Part shown: positions 10,719 to 19,432 of the stretch, piece after piece
Layout: the number at the start of each line of letters is the position of its first letter
Numbering within the stretch: the stretch's first letter is position 1
DNA from: Cyanobacteria bacterium P01_A01_bin.123
GTDB lineage: Bacteria; Cyanobacteriota; Cyanobacteriia; Phormidesmidales; Phormidesmidaceae
Direction of reading: 5' to 3'
DNA length: 64,000 nt
NCBI GenBank assembly: GCA_039815185.1
Contig: JBCBZT010000038.1
Location: 15,327 to 79,326, forward strand
Program-made: the position numbers and the translations under genes
Notes under the pieces: generated by a model
Told to the model about the DNA's origin: nothing
Databases searched by the model: none
What the model saw: only the letters and a program-made list of their open reading frames with translations

Positions 10719-11375
10719 GTGAACGCAATGGTCATGCGATTTCACGACCGTACTGATGCCGGACGACATCTAGCCCAAAAGCTTTTAGATTATGCCCATC
10801 GACCTGATGTGTGGGTGTTTGCCTTGCCTCGGGGTGGGGTGCCAGTAGCCTATGAGATTGCGATCGCGCTTGGTGCTCCCCTGGAAGTCTGCGTGGTGCG
10901 CAAGTTAGGTGTACCAGGGCAAGAGGAATTAGCGATGGGCGCGATCGCGCCCGGAAATATCTGCATTCTCAATCGGGGTATGATTCAAGCCCTGGAGATT
11001 GAGTCCGTTGCCATTGGTCAGATTGCCGCCCAAGAACTGCAAGAACTGAAACGTCGCGATCGCTGTTATCGAGGCGATCGCCCCTTCCCAGATTTAAAGG
11101 ATCAAATCGTTATTTTGGTCGACGACGGCATTGCCACGGGGTTTACCTGTCGGGCGGCGATCGCCGCCTTAAAGCAGCACAATCCAGCCCAAATTATCGT
11201 GGCAACTCCAGTTGCTTCAACGGAAGCTGTGATCAGCTTGAAGACTCAAGTCGATCACGTTGTCAGCTTGCTACAGCCTGCTCCGCTAAGATCTATCAGC
11301 CTTTGGTATGACCACTTTGACCAAACGCACGATCGAAAAGTTTGCGATCTATTGGCCCAAGCTAATGGGGAATGA
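10719..11375 (+). CDS. Phosphoribosyltransferase family protein
   Basis: ALPRGGVPVA; PRPP-binding motif VILVDDGIATG. Confidence 0.88.
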   Translation: MNAMVMRFHDRTDAGRHLAQKLLDYAHRPDVWVFALPRGGVPVAYEIAIALGAPLEVCVVRKLGVPGQEELAMGAIAPGNICILNRGMIQALEIESVAIGQIAAQELQELKRRDRCYRGDRPFPDLKDQIVILVDDGIATGFTCRAAIAALKQHNPAQIIVATPVASTEAVISLKTQVDHVVSLLQPAPLRSISLWYDHFDQTHDRKVCDLLAQANGE

Positions 11376-11480
11376 TGGCCAGCGCTCAACTTGTTGAAGC
11401 GAAAAGGTCTGATTCAGTCAGAATGCGAACGTCAGCATTCATGCCCAGTTAACGTCTGACGCCTCGATTCTGCATTCCTT

Positions 11481-11768
11481 TCATTCCAAAAACCGTAGTA
11501 GCCGCACTTTGGGAGACTCAAGTTCAGCATATTGAGTGGAATGAACTTCGATTTGCTGCAACTGGCCTAACGCCAAGCTACAGGGCATACCATATTTGGC
11601 CTGGACGCGATCGCTGGCGATTTTTAATGCTGTTCGCGATCGCTCAACAAAATCGGAGAGGTCATAGCTTTCACCCGGGGTGAAGTAGTCTTTGACAACC
11701 AGTGATGGGGAGTAGCAGGTTTCTTCAGCGCCGTCGGGCCATTGGATTTTGAAGCGAATTTCGGGCAT
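11481..11768 (-). CDS. MSMEG_0570 family nitrogen-starvation protein
   Basis: MPEIRFKIQWPDG..CYSPSLVV...ASDRVQAKYG.PCS. Confidence 0.85.
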   Translation of the reverse strand: MPEIRFKIQWPDGAEETCYSPSLVVKDYFTPGESYDLSDFVERSRTALKIASDRVQAKYGMPCSLALGQLQQIEVHSTQYAELESPKVRLLRFLE

Positions 11769-11850
11769 GTGAGTGAATGGTGAGGTAATGGGGTAGCGGG
11801 ATGGTGGGGTGGCTAGCGATTGGTTTGACGCCTCTCTTATCGCTCCTGAC

Positions 11851-12987
11851 TCAATCAAGGCGTTGGTAATGTTTGAGATGCAACTGGGCTGAACGATGCC
11901 AACTGTATTCAGATAATACTGAATGGTTTTGGGTTCGGGAAGCCTTGGGGTCAACAAATAGGGCTTGAATCATCGCCTTAGCGATGGTACTGGCGTCATT
12001 GGGATTGGCCCAGCAGGCTTGGTTGGGTTCGAGGAATTCGGTGAATGGGGGTTGTTGGGAGATCACGATGGGGAGACCTGAGGCGATCGCTTCGAGCACA
12101 ACTAATCCCCAACCTTCTCTAACAGATGGGAAACAAAAAACATCAGCGCAGCGGTAGAGGGCAGGCAAATCGGCAGCGGGGATGACACCCGGTAACACGA
12201 GAGATGGCCCAACGTCGATGTTGAGGGTTTTGGCGATTTGAAAAAAGCGATCGCGATAGGGCTGGTAGTCAAACAGGGTTGCGCCTCCGGCGATCGCGAG
12301 TTGAGCTTGGGGATATTGATCAAGTACTTGGGCAAAGGCTTCGAGTAAGCGAATAGAATTTTTACGCGGTTCGATGCCGCCGACGGTGAGATAAAGTGGG
12401 GAACCCGTCAGCCCGTAGCGCTGTTTCAAGGCGGCTTCTTGGCCAGACAATTGAGTTGAAAAGCGTTGTGGGTTAACGCCGTTGATGATCCGTGGGGCCT
12501 CAATGCCGTAGTCGGTTTTGAGAATTTTTTGCCAGCGATCGCTGACGCAAAGACATAAATTGGGGGTACGAATGGATTTATCCTGGCACTGCTGCAAGTA
12601 GGGACTGGTGTAGTCTTCAATGTGATGAACGGTGCGGACAAAGTGGGAAATTTTGCCTTGCTGGCGCAGTTCTAGTAGGGCATTAGCTCCGATGCAGTCT
12701 TGGGCATGGTAGATGTCAAAGGAAAGTGGCTGATCAGTTAAAAACGTCGCAAATTCTTGAATCCGCTGCTGAATGAGCGCATCAACTTCCTTGGAGGCAG
12801 CTTTTGCGGGGACCAAACGGACTATACAAGCCAAAGATTGCTCAAATCCCTGACCATCTTTATCGAGGGCGAACACAGAAACGCTGTGATTCAATGCCGT
12901 CAGTGCTGTGGCTAGCTCCAGCGTATGGATAACACTGCCCCGGGGTTTAGTGGAATAGGTTAATAGGGCGATTTTCACGGGTGACAC
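11851..12987 (-). CDS. MSMEG_0565 family glycosyltransferase (GT4)
   Basis: IALLTYSTKPRGSVIH, HAQDCI, GGIEPRKN, EGWGLVVLEA. Confidence 0.85.
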   Translation of the reverse strand: MSPVKIALLTYSTKPRGSVIHTLELATALTALNHSVSVFALDKDGQGFEQSLACIVRLVPAKAASKEVDALIQQRIQEFATFLTDQPLSFDIYHAQDCIGANALLELRQQGKISHFVRTVHHIEDYTSPYLQQCQDKSIRTPNLCLCVSDRWQKILKTDYGIEAPRIINGVNPQRFSTQLSGQEAALKQRYGLTGSPLYLTVGGIEPRKNSIRLLEAFAQVLDQYPQAQLAIAGGATLFDYQPYRDRFFQIAKTLNIDVGPSLVLPGVIPAADLPALYRCADVFCFPSVREGWGLVVLEAIASGLPIVISQQPPFTEFLEPNQACWANPNDASTIAKAMIQALFVDPKASRTQNHSVLSEYSWHRSAQLHLKHYQRLD

Positions 12988-13149
12988 ATATTGATTTGTT
13001 CAACGGCTTCAGGTTATCAGTTAAGACAACCGTTTATCGTCGAAGTTCTATATCTCAGAAGTTGGTCAATTGAGTAATGGCAAAACGAGCATCATGACTT
13101 AGAATTTAGGCATTTCTCATCCATGATTTCCTCTCCTAGGGAAAACTTT

Positions 13150-13890
13150 ATGTCCGTCACCTTTGATGACATCATCAATGATTCCGATTCTGAAGAGGGC
13201 TTTTTGCAAATCTTTCAAGATGCTTTTTCTGAACAGGGGCAGCCATTACTCGAGCCTCACCAAACAATTTTAACCGCTTGTTATAAAAATCCAGAGCTAT
13301 CACCAACACTGAAAGGTAACACACCGGAAATTCTAGCTTGCTCCTGGCTGAGAAAGTATTGAAATAGCTTCGAAAACAGAATCTCAAGAAGAATTTCAAA
13401 TCCTCCAGGAACAGTCGCTGATCCAATCGTCAGCTCAATTATTAATGCCAGATTGACAGGACTAACAAACGAGCATCTTGAACAGATTAAATATGCTCAT
13501 AGACTGTCAATGTCGGCAGAGAATATTCAAGGATTATTGTTAGAGGAATTTCTTGCTGAACAACTTTCTAAGTATGGTTGGTATTGCTGCTGGGGAGAAT
13601 CTATTCGTCACGTTGATTTCTGTAACGTTGATGGTTCTCTCTTGCAAGTGAAAAACCGTAGCAATTCGGAAAATAGTTCATCTTCTAGGGTAAGAATTAA
13701 CCAGCCTATCGAGAGATGGTACAGAGTTGATGCTAGGACAGGGGGATACCGATGGTCATATTTCAACGAAAAGTACAATACAGATAGCTTCTCTGAAGAA
13801 AACTTTGTCATGTTTGTTCGGCAGACCTTAACAGAAAATCCAGATGCCTTAGCCGTAGAAACAAACAATCCTTGGCAATTCTTGTCTTAA
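13150..13890 (+). pseudogene. SinI-family type II restriction endonuclease with in-frame TGA at 13360-13362
   Basis: ORFs 13123-13362 and 13453-13890 share a frame and the gap is open; SAENIQGLLLEEFLA, VDFC, LQVKNRSNSENSSS. Confidence 0.75.
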
Positions 13891-13893
13891 TTA

Positions 13894-15312
13894 TCAGGCT
13901 AGATTTAAAGAAAGCTGCTTCTCTGCAGATTCTTCGAAGTCAGCCATCCAACTCACATCGTCGGTCTTGTGATAACGCGAATAAGGGAAGTCTGGATAAA
14001 TGATAGATGTTTCACCTTTTAAGTGAGTCAAAAGCATCCTCGCGATCGCCTTTCCCAAAGAACAGGGCACAGCATTTCCGACTTGCCGATATTGCTCTAG
14101 TAAAGTTCCCTCAATTATCCAATCATCTGGAAATTCTTGGATGCGCTTATACTCTTCAATACTAAGAGGTCTATCTTCTTCTGGATGCGCGAGATCGGTT
14201 GCAGGCATAGCTGGATGGGTTACTAACGTTGGGGAAGGTTTATCCCAAGCCAACCTCCGATAGAAACCTGTTTTTCCACCCCCTGCATGATAAGAAGCGC
14301 CAAGCGCTTCTTGATGTAGCTCTGCTGGTAAGTCCCGCCAATATTGTCCTGGTTTCAACAGCCGATAGTATTTGAGCCGTTTCTCAGGAAAATTAACAAA
14401 GTGATGCCCGTCTTTGGGAAGATCTTCTAGAACTTCTTTCAAGATTCGCCACTGTGGCAAACCGTATAATTCTCTTTCTGAGTAGGTAGGTGTTAGATAC
14501 GGTAGTTTCTTCCCATCACGGCTACAAGCTATGATGACTCTTTCTCGCTTCTGTGGTGAGCCGAAATTGGCAGCATTGTATAAGTTAAAAGAAACGCTAT
14601 ATCCTGCTTCTTTAAATTGTTGCATGATAAAGAGTAGCGCTCCCCCTCTTTTTTCATCATGAGAGAGTGGTGGGAAATTCTTGCCTCTCATTTCATGGGG
14701 TCTATGTTGTAATGGAGCAGATAATAGTCCTCGGACATTCTCGATTACCGCAAACTGTGGCCGGAGTTCAGTAATTAGGTTGATGAACTTTAAAAAAACA
14801 TTTCCACGCTCGTCGTTAAACCCCTGCCGCTTACCAGCACTACTAAATGCTTGGCATGGTGGGCCACCAACGATTACATCAATCTCTTCGGTCAGACTCA
14901 ATCCCGCCTGTTCTCGAATCTCTGCGGCTGAATAATTTCTGATATCTCCAATGAGTGCTATATCTGGGCGATTCGTTTCAATCGTTTTTCGGGCTGCCCG
15001 ATCGATTTCGCAGGCAAGAAGAACCTTGATCCCCTGACTTTCTAGCCCCAAATCCAACCCCATACAACCAGAAAAAAAACTTAAAGCTTTTAGCTCTGGT
15101 TTACTAAAAGATCTTCGCCCATGATTAGGAACGAGTACTCTGGCATCCTCTCCCTTGCAACGGTACTCGTGGACGGACTCTGAAGCGACAATCCATTGGC
15201 GGCTAATTCTTTCCCCGCTAATTTCACCATATCTGAGCAATTTTCGCACGTATTGCTCAGAGCAACTGAGGAGTTCAGAAGCCTCTCTAACGGATAAATA
15301 CTGACTAGACAT
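13894..15312 (-). CDS. DNA (cytosine-5) methyltransferase with N-terminal excisionase-like HTH
   Basis: FSGCMG, GGPPCQ, ENV, QKRERV, QVGNAV; N-terminal YLSVREASELL. Confidence 0.92.
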   Translation of the reverse strand: MSSQYLSVREASELLSCSEQYVRKLLRYGEISGERISRQWIVASESVHEYRCKGEDARVLVPNHGRRSFSKPELKALSFFSGCMGLDLGLESQGIKVLLACEIDRAARKTIETNRPDIALIGDIRNYSAAEIREQAGLSLTEEIDVIVGGPPCQAFSSAGKRQGFNDERGNVFLKFINLITELRPQFAVIENVRGLLSAPLQHRPHEMRGKNFPPLSHDEKRGGALLFIMQQFKEAGYSVSFNLYNAANFGSPQKRERVIIACSRDGKKLPYLTPTYSERELYGLPQWRILKEVLEDLPKDGHHFVNFPEKRLKYYRLLKPGQYWRDLPAELHQEALGASYHAGGGKTGFYRRLAWDKPSPTLVTHPAMPATDLAHPEEDRPLSIEEYKRIQEFPDDWIIEGTLLEQYRQVGNAVPCSLGKAIARMLLTHLKGETSIIYPDFPYSRYHKTDDVSWMADFEESAEKQLSLNLA

Positions 15313-15644
15313 AGTTGCGGCAACGAAACTAAAAACAGGTACCCAATATTAGATGGTGCATGAACAATTGGCAAGCTTTTCTCGAACAAATGTTCTAGTG
15401 TCGTAGTTCTTACGCTGAGCCAAGCGTTAAGCTCGCCCAAGCCTTGATTAATTCAGCTGGAGAGCTGTTCTGTCGTTTGAGCAACTTCTCTGAGCGTTAT
15501 CCAGCCATGGATGAAAACATCAAGCGTGGGCTAGTCCGTAAATTTCCATACGGAATTTTGTGTATGGGCGCGCAAAACTTTATCGTTGCAGTAATGCCTC
15601 TAACGTAAAGGCTGGATTGCTAGAAGGCTTGCCTAAAACCACAA

Positions 15645-16532
15645 ATGGATACGATAATTGCGCAACCTAATTCTCTACTATTCTGGCGACGTTTTCGGCG
15701 CGATCGCTTGGCACTAGCAGGCGCTGTTGTCGTACTGTTATTGGCACTCGCGGTGCTGATTGGCCCGCTGGTTTATAACGTTTCCACCGATCAAATTGAT
15801 TTTGCTCGGGCGACTTTGCCCCCCAGTTGGGCTCATCCCTTTGGCACTAATGATTTAGGTCAAGATTTGTTGGCCCGAGTCCTCTCGGGCGGGCGAATTT
15901 CTCTGGCGGTTGGGGTCGTGTCAATGGCGATCGCGATCTCAGGGGGCGTCCTGGTGGGAGCAGTCGCCGGATTCTATGGCGGTTGGGTTGACGGCGGACT
16001 GATGCGCTTTACCGACTTGTTTCTCTCGCTGCCTCAATTACCCCTGGCGCTACTAGTCGTTTATTTGTTTGGCGATCAAGCGCGATCGCGCTTTGGCCCA
16101 GAACTCGGCATCTTTGTACTGGTGGTGGCGGTGATTGGTGGGTTGAACTGGATGTCGGTAGCACGGCTGGTGCGGGCGGGGTTTTTGACCGTGAAACAAC
16201 GAAATTTTATCCAGGCGGCGATTGCTTTAGGGGCCCGTCCTCGCACACTAATTTGGACGCACATTTTGCCCAATGTCATCGGGCCAGTGATTGTGGCAGC
16301 GACCTTAGCCGTTGGCAATGCCATCATTGCTGAATCGACCCTGAGCTTTTTGGGATTGGGTTTCCCGCCAGATACCCCTACCTGGGGCCGAATGCTCTAC
16401 GATGCTCAAAACTATATTGAATCTGCACCCCACATGGCTGTTTTTCCAGGATTGGCTATTTTTTTGACCGTGCTGAGTATTAATACTGTGGGTGATGCGT
16501 TACGTGATGCTCTTGATCCGCAAACTCGGTAG
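15645..16532 (+). CDS. Peptide/nickel ABC permease (OppC/DppC-like)
   Basis: HPFGTNDLGQD, HILPN, ESTLSFLGLG, GDALRDALDP. Confidence 0.9.
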   Translation: MDTIIAQPNSLLFWRRFRRDRLALAGAVVVLLLALAVLIGPLVYNVSTDQIDFARATLPPSWAHPFGTNDLGQDLLARVLSGGRISLAVGVVSMAIAISGGVLVGAVAGFYGGWVDGGLMRFTDLFLSLPQLPLALLVVYLFGDQARSRFGPELGIFVLVVAVIGGLNWMSVARLVRAGFLTVKQRNFIQAAIALGARPRTLIWTHILPNVIGPVIVAATLAVGNAIIAESTLSFLGLGFPPDTPTWGRMLYDAQNYIESAPHMAVFPGLAIFLTVLSINTVGDALRDALDPQTR

Positions 16533-16802
16533 GGCCGCAGACCTGTTAAGCGCAAACAGGTGTAATCTTTTGAGACATCAGTAATTTTGCCCATTGGAAC
16601 GGGACAACCCCGTGATATAAATGTAAAGGTTTATTGCAGACTCTCACCTTAGGGACTGCGGTGCATGTGGCCCTGGGTTTGAGTTCCGTGGCTTCTATTA
16701 AAAGCTTGCATCGATGTTGGGTAAGCGAAAGCGTCGAATGGTCGTGTAGCTTGCGTGTCCCTAAGTGTGGCTGTGTCCACTTATTAGAGACGACTCATCT
16801 TC

Positions 16803-17852
16803 ATGACAGCTACTCTTTCGAAGATAACTGCTACAGCTACGCATCCTGCCTTTGATCCAAGCCTCAAGCTGCGGGACATTATTAAAACCATCCCAGCCGA
16901 GTGTTTCCAAAAAAATCCTCGCAAAGCTTGGACTCGGTTAGTTCTAAGCATTATCGCTGTGGTGTTAGGTTACGTTGCGATCGCGCTTTCACCCTGGTTT
17001 CTCTTGCCGTTTGCCTGGATTTTTACAGGCACTGCCCTGACGGGCTTTTTTGTGATTGCCCATGATTGTGGCCATCGGTCTTTTGCTAAGCGCCGCTGGG
17101 TCAATGATCTAGTGGGTCACATCTTCATGCTGCCGTTGATTTATCCCTTCCACGGTTGGCGGTTGCTCCACGACCACCATCATGTCCACACCAACAAGAT
17201 GGATGTGGATAATGCTTGGCATCCCTGGCGGCCCGAGAGCTATTTAGATGCCCCTGCTTGGCTGCAGGCGACCTATCAGGTACTGCGCGGACGGCTCTGG
17301 TGGCTGGCTTCTATTGCCCATTGGGCAACGCTGCATTTTGATCCCAACAATGAGAATGTAGCTGCCCGCGATCGCAATAAAGTTCGATTTTCGGCCTGGG
17401 TGGTGATTGGGTTCGCTACGATCGCTTTTCCAACCCTCTTTTTCACTGTGGGTCTTTGGGGTGTGGTGAAGTTTTGGCTACTGCCCTGGCTGGGCTACCA
17501 TTTTTGGATGAGCACGTTCACGCTGGTGCACCACACGACGCTGGATGTACAGTTTCATCCTCAGGAAACCTGGAATTCTGCTGAGGCTCAACTGGCAGGC
17601 ACTGTTCACTGTGACTATCCCCGCTGGGTTGAGTTTTTGTGCCATGACATCAATGTGCATGTGCCCCATCATTTGTCGGTGGCGATCCCGTCTTACAATC
17701 TCCGACTGGCCCACAAGAGCTTGCAGCAAAATTGGGGACGCTATCTCAAAGAAGAAACTTTCTCTTGGGCATTGATGGATGAGATTACCCGTGAGTGTCA
17801 CATTTATCATCCGCAGGAAGCCTATCAGCCGTTTAAGGCCTTGAAGCGCTAA
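16803..17852 (+). CDS. desA: Delta-12 acyl-lipid desaturase
   Basis: His boxes [23 protein letters not shown]. Confidence 0.88.
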   Translation: MTATLSKITATATHPAFDPSLKLRDIIKTIPAECFQKNPRKAWTRLVLSIIAVVLGYVAIALSPWFLLPFAWIFTGTALTGFFVIAHDCGHRSFAKRRWVNDLVGHIFMLPLIYPFHGWRLLHDHHHVHTNKMDVDNAWHPWRPESYLDAPAWLQATYQVLRGRLWWLASIAHWATLHFDPNNENVAARDRNKVRFSAWVVIGFATIAFPTLFFTVGLWGVVKFWLLPWLGYHFWMSTFTLVHHTTLDVQFHPQETWNSAEAQLAGTVHCDYPRWVEFLCHDINVHVPHHLSVAIPSYNLRLAHKSLQQNWGRYLKEETFSWALMDEITRECHIYHPQEAYQPFKALKR

Positions 17853-17884
17853 GTCACTTTGAATAGTTGCATAGGATTACTGGT

Positions 17885-17916
17885 AAAGCGACGTTGCATT
17901 GGCAACGTCGCTTTTT
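17885..17916 (+). terminator. Intrinsic terminator after desA
   Basis: AAAGCGACGTTGC-ATTG-GCAACGTCGCTTT followed by T run. Confidence 0.8.
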
Positions 17917-17952
17917 AATGGTACGTGTTCTGCTTTTAAGCTCGTTGGGGAC

Positions 17953-18140
17953 AATCCCATTGCGACCCTTGATGGCCCAGTCTATCGTAGCGACTCAGGG
18001 CCTTCAGAACTGGATGCCCTGGTTGCAGATTCACGGGCGGGCATTGGCATAGTCGGCGGCAAGCGATGTTACTGACGATGGAGAATCATCCGGAACCGCT
18101 AAACTGGGCGGCTTTTACGTTAGTGGGGGCGGCAAAATAG
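17953..18140 (+). pseudogene. Deleted relic of a CHAT-domain gene paralogous to 19433-22180
   Basis: NPIATLDGPVYRSDSGPSELDALVADSRAGIGIV joined out of frame to RQAMLLTMENHPEPLNWAAFTLVGAAK*. Confidence 0.8.
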
Positions 18141-18296
18141 CTGTAAACTCTATCGTCTGTGCATCATTCATTGAGTAATCAGAAACAACTTATCGAAGAC
18201 TCAGAAACCTGTCAGCAACGCTTCAGGAAAGAAAGCGATTCTAAAAACAATTGAGCAATGCGTTAGGCGCACGACTTGATTTACAGGAGGTTCTTC

Positions 18297-18470
18297 ATGA
18301 AACGCTTTTTACTTTCTAGCGCAGCGATTCTAATCGCAACGGCAACTATTGCACCCGTGGCCGTTGCTGGCCAAACAGATTTCCATGATTTGAAAGCCGA
18401 TTTGAATGGTGATGGTGAAGTCTCGCTAACTGAGCTCAGAAGATTTAACAGAAGCGCACGTCGAAGCTAA
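18297..18470 (+). CDS. Small secreted EF-hand protein
   Basis: RBS AGGAGG, signal peptide, DLNGDGEVSLTEL loop. Confidence 0.7.
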   Translation: MKRFLLSSAAILIATATIAPVAVAGQTDFHDLKADLNGDGEVSLTELRRFNRSARRS

Positions 18471-18473
18471 TTT

Positions 18474-18582
18474 GTAGCGCTGGCCAGATTGCTTAATGCA
18501 CCGGGTATCGCCAGGATGCCGAGTCCACAAGCAATCTGGTTCGCGGTAGCGCACAAAGCTTTGTGACTACCGCTATACAAGC
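18474..18582. repeat. Structured dispersed repeat / MITE-like element, copy 1
   Basis: Aligns by eye with 44198-44307; two hairpins; ends TAGCG...CGCTA. Confidence 0.65.
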
Positions 18583-18654
18583 GGTCGAACTTAAGCTGAC
18601 AGCAGCAATTATCCAACGTACTTGTAAAACTAAAACTATTCATTCGGAAGGACT

Positions 18655-19269
18655 ATGTACCTGTCATCTAAATTTTCATCAACATTAGCTGCCGCCTTCG
18701 GTTTGTTCCTGATAGTGGGCTGTGCCCCCTCTACCCCAGATGCTTCGCCAGATGCTTTGGTAGATGAGCCCACTCTCCAAACGACAACGGTCGATACGGA
18801 TGATATTGAGACTTCCGCTCCCACTGAGGCTTCCGCTCCCACTGCTGAATCTACTTCCCCGCCGACAGAAGTCTCCTCCAGTGCAACTGAACCGGCTGCC
18901 GTCTTTGTGGAAAACGGCATCGCGATTCGTGGGGCAGACCCAGTAGCCTACTTTACTGCAGGCAACTATGTTGCGGGTAGTCCTGAGTACACCTATGAGT
19001 GGGGCGATGCCATCTGGCAATTTGCCAGTGCCGAAAATCGCGATTTATTTGCCAGTAATGCTGAGCAGTATGCGCCCCAGTATGGCGGTTTCTGTGCTTG
19101 GGCCGTGAGCCAAGGATATACTGCTGCCGTTGATCCCACTGCTTGGGCAATTGTGGACGGCAAGCTCTACCTAAATTTTGATGCTCGTGTCCAAAGCCGT
19201 TGGCAACGAGATATTCCCGGCAATATTGCTAAAGCCAATCAGAATTGGCCGGGAGTGCTCAGTAATTAG
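18655..19269 (+). CDS. YHS-domain lipoprotein
   Basis: Lipobox IVGC; AIRGADPVAYF, FASAENRDLF, YAPQYGGFCAW. Confidence 0.85.
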   Translation: MYLSSKFSSTLAAAFGLFLIVGCAPSTPDASPDALVDEPTLQTTTVDTDDIETSAPTEASAPTAESTSPPTEVSSSATEPAAVFVENGIAIRGADPVAYFTAGNYVAGSPEYTYEWGDAIWQFASAENRDLFASNAEQYAPQYGGFCAWAVSQGYTAAVDPTAWAIVDGKLYLNFDARVQSRWQRDIPGNIAKANQNWPGVLSN

Positions 19270-19432
19270 TGCACGTGATGCACAACCCAGCTTTGATCGC
19301 AAAAAACAAGACGATAAAATCCAAAACGATCAAAGCTATGGGTAGGCTCAGCCTCTAAAGATTGCATAAGTTATCCTGACGGTGAGATAAGAAGTAGGCA
19401 AAGGATAATGCGCAGTCTCATAAGGTAAGGCA

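Noticed and set aside
13360..13362. Selenocysteine or programmed readthrough at the TGA
   Set aside because: No SECIS-like hairpin seen and not a redox family; a nonsense mutation or error is simpler.
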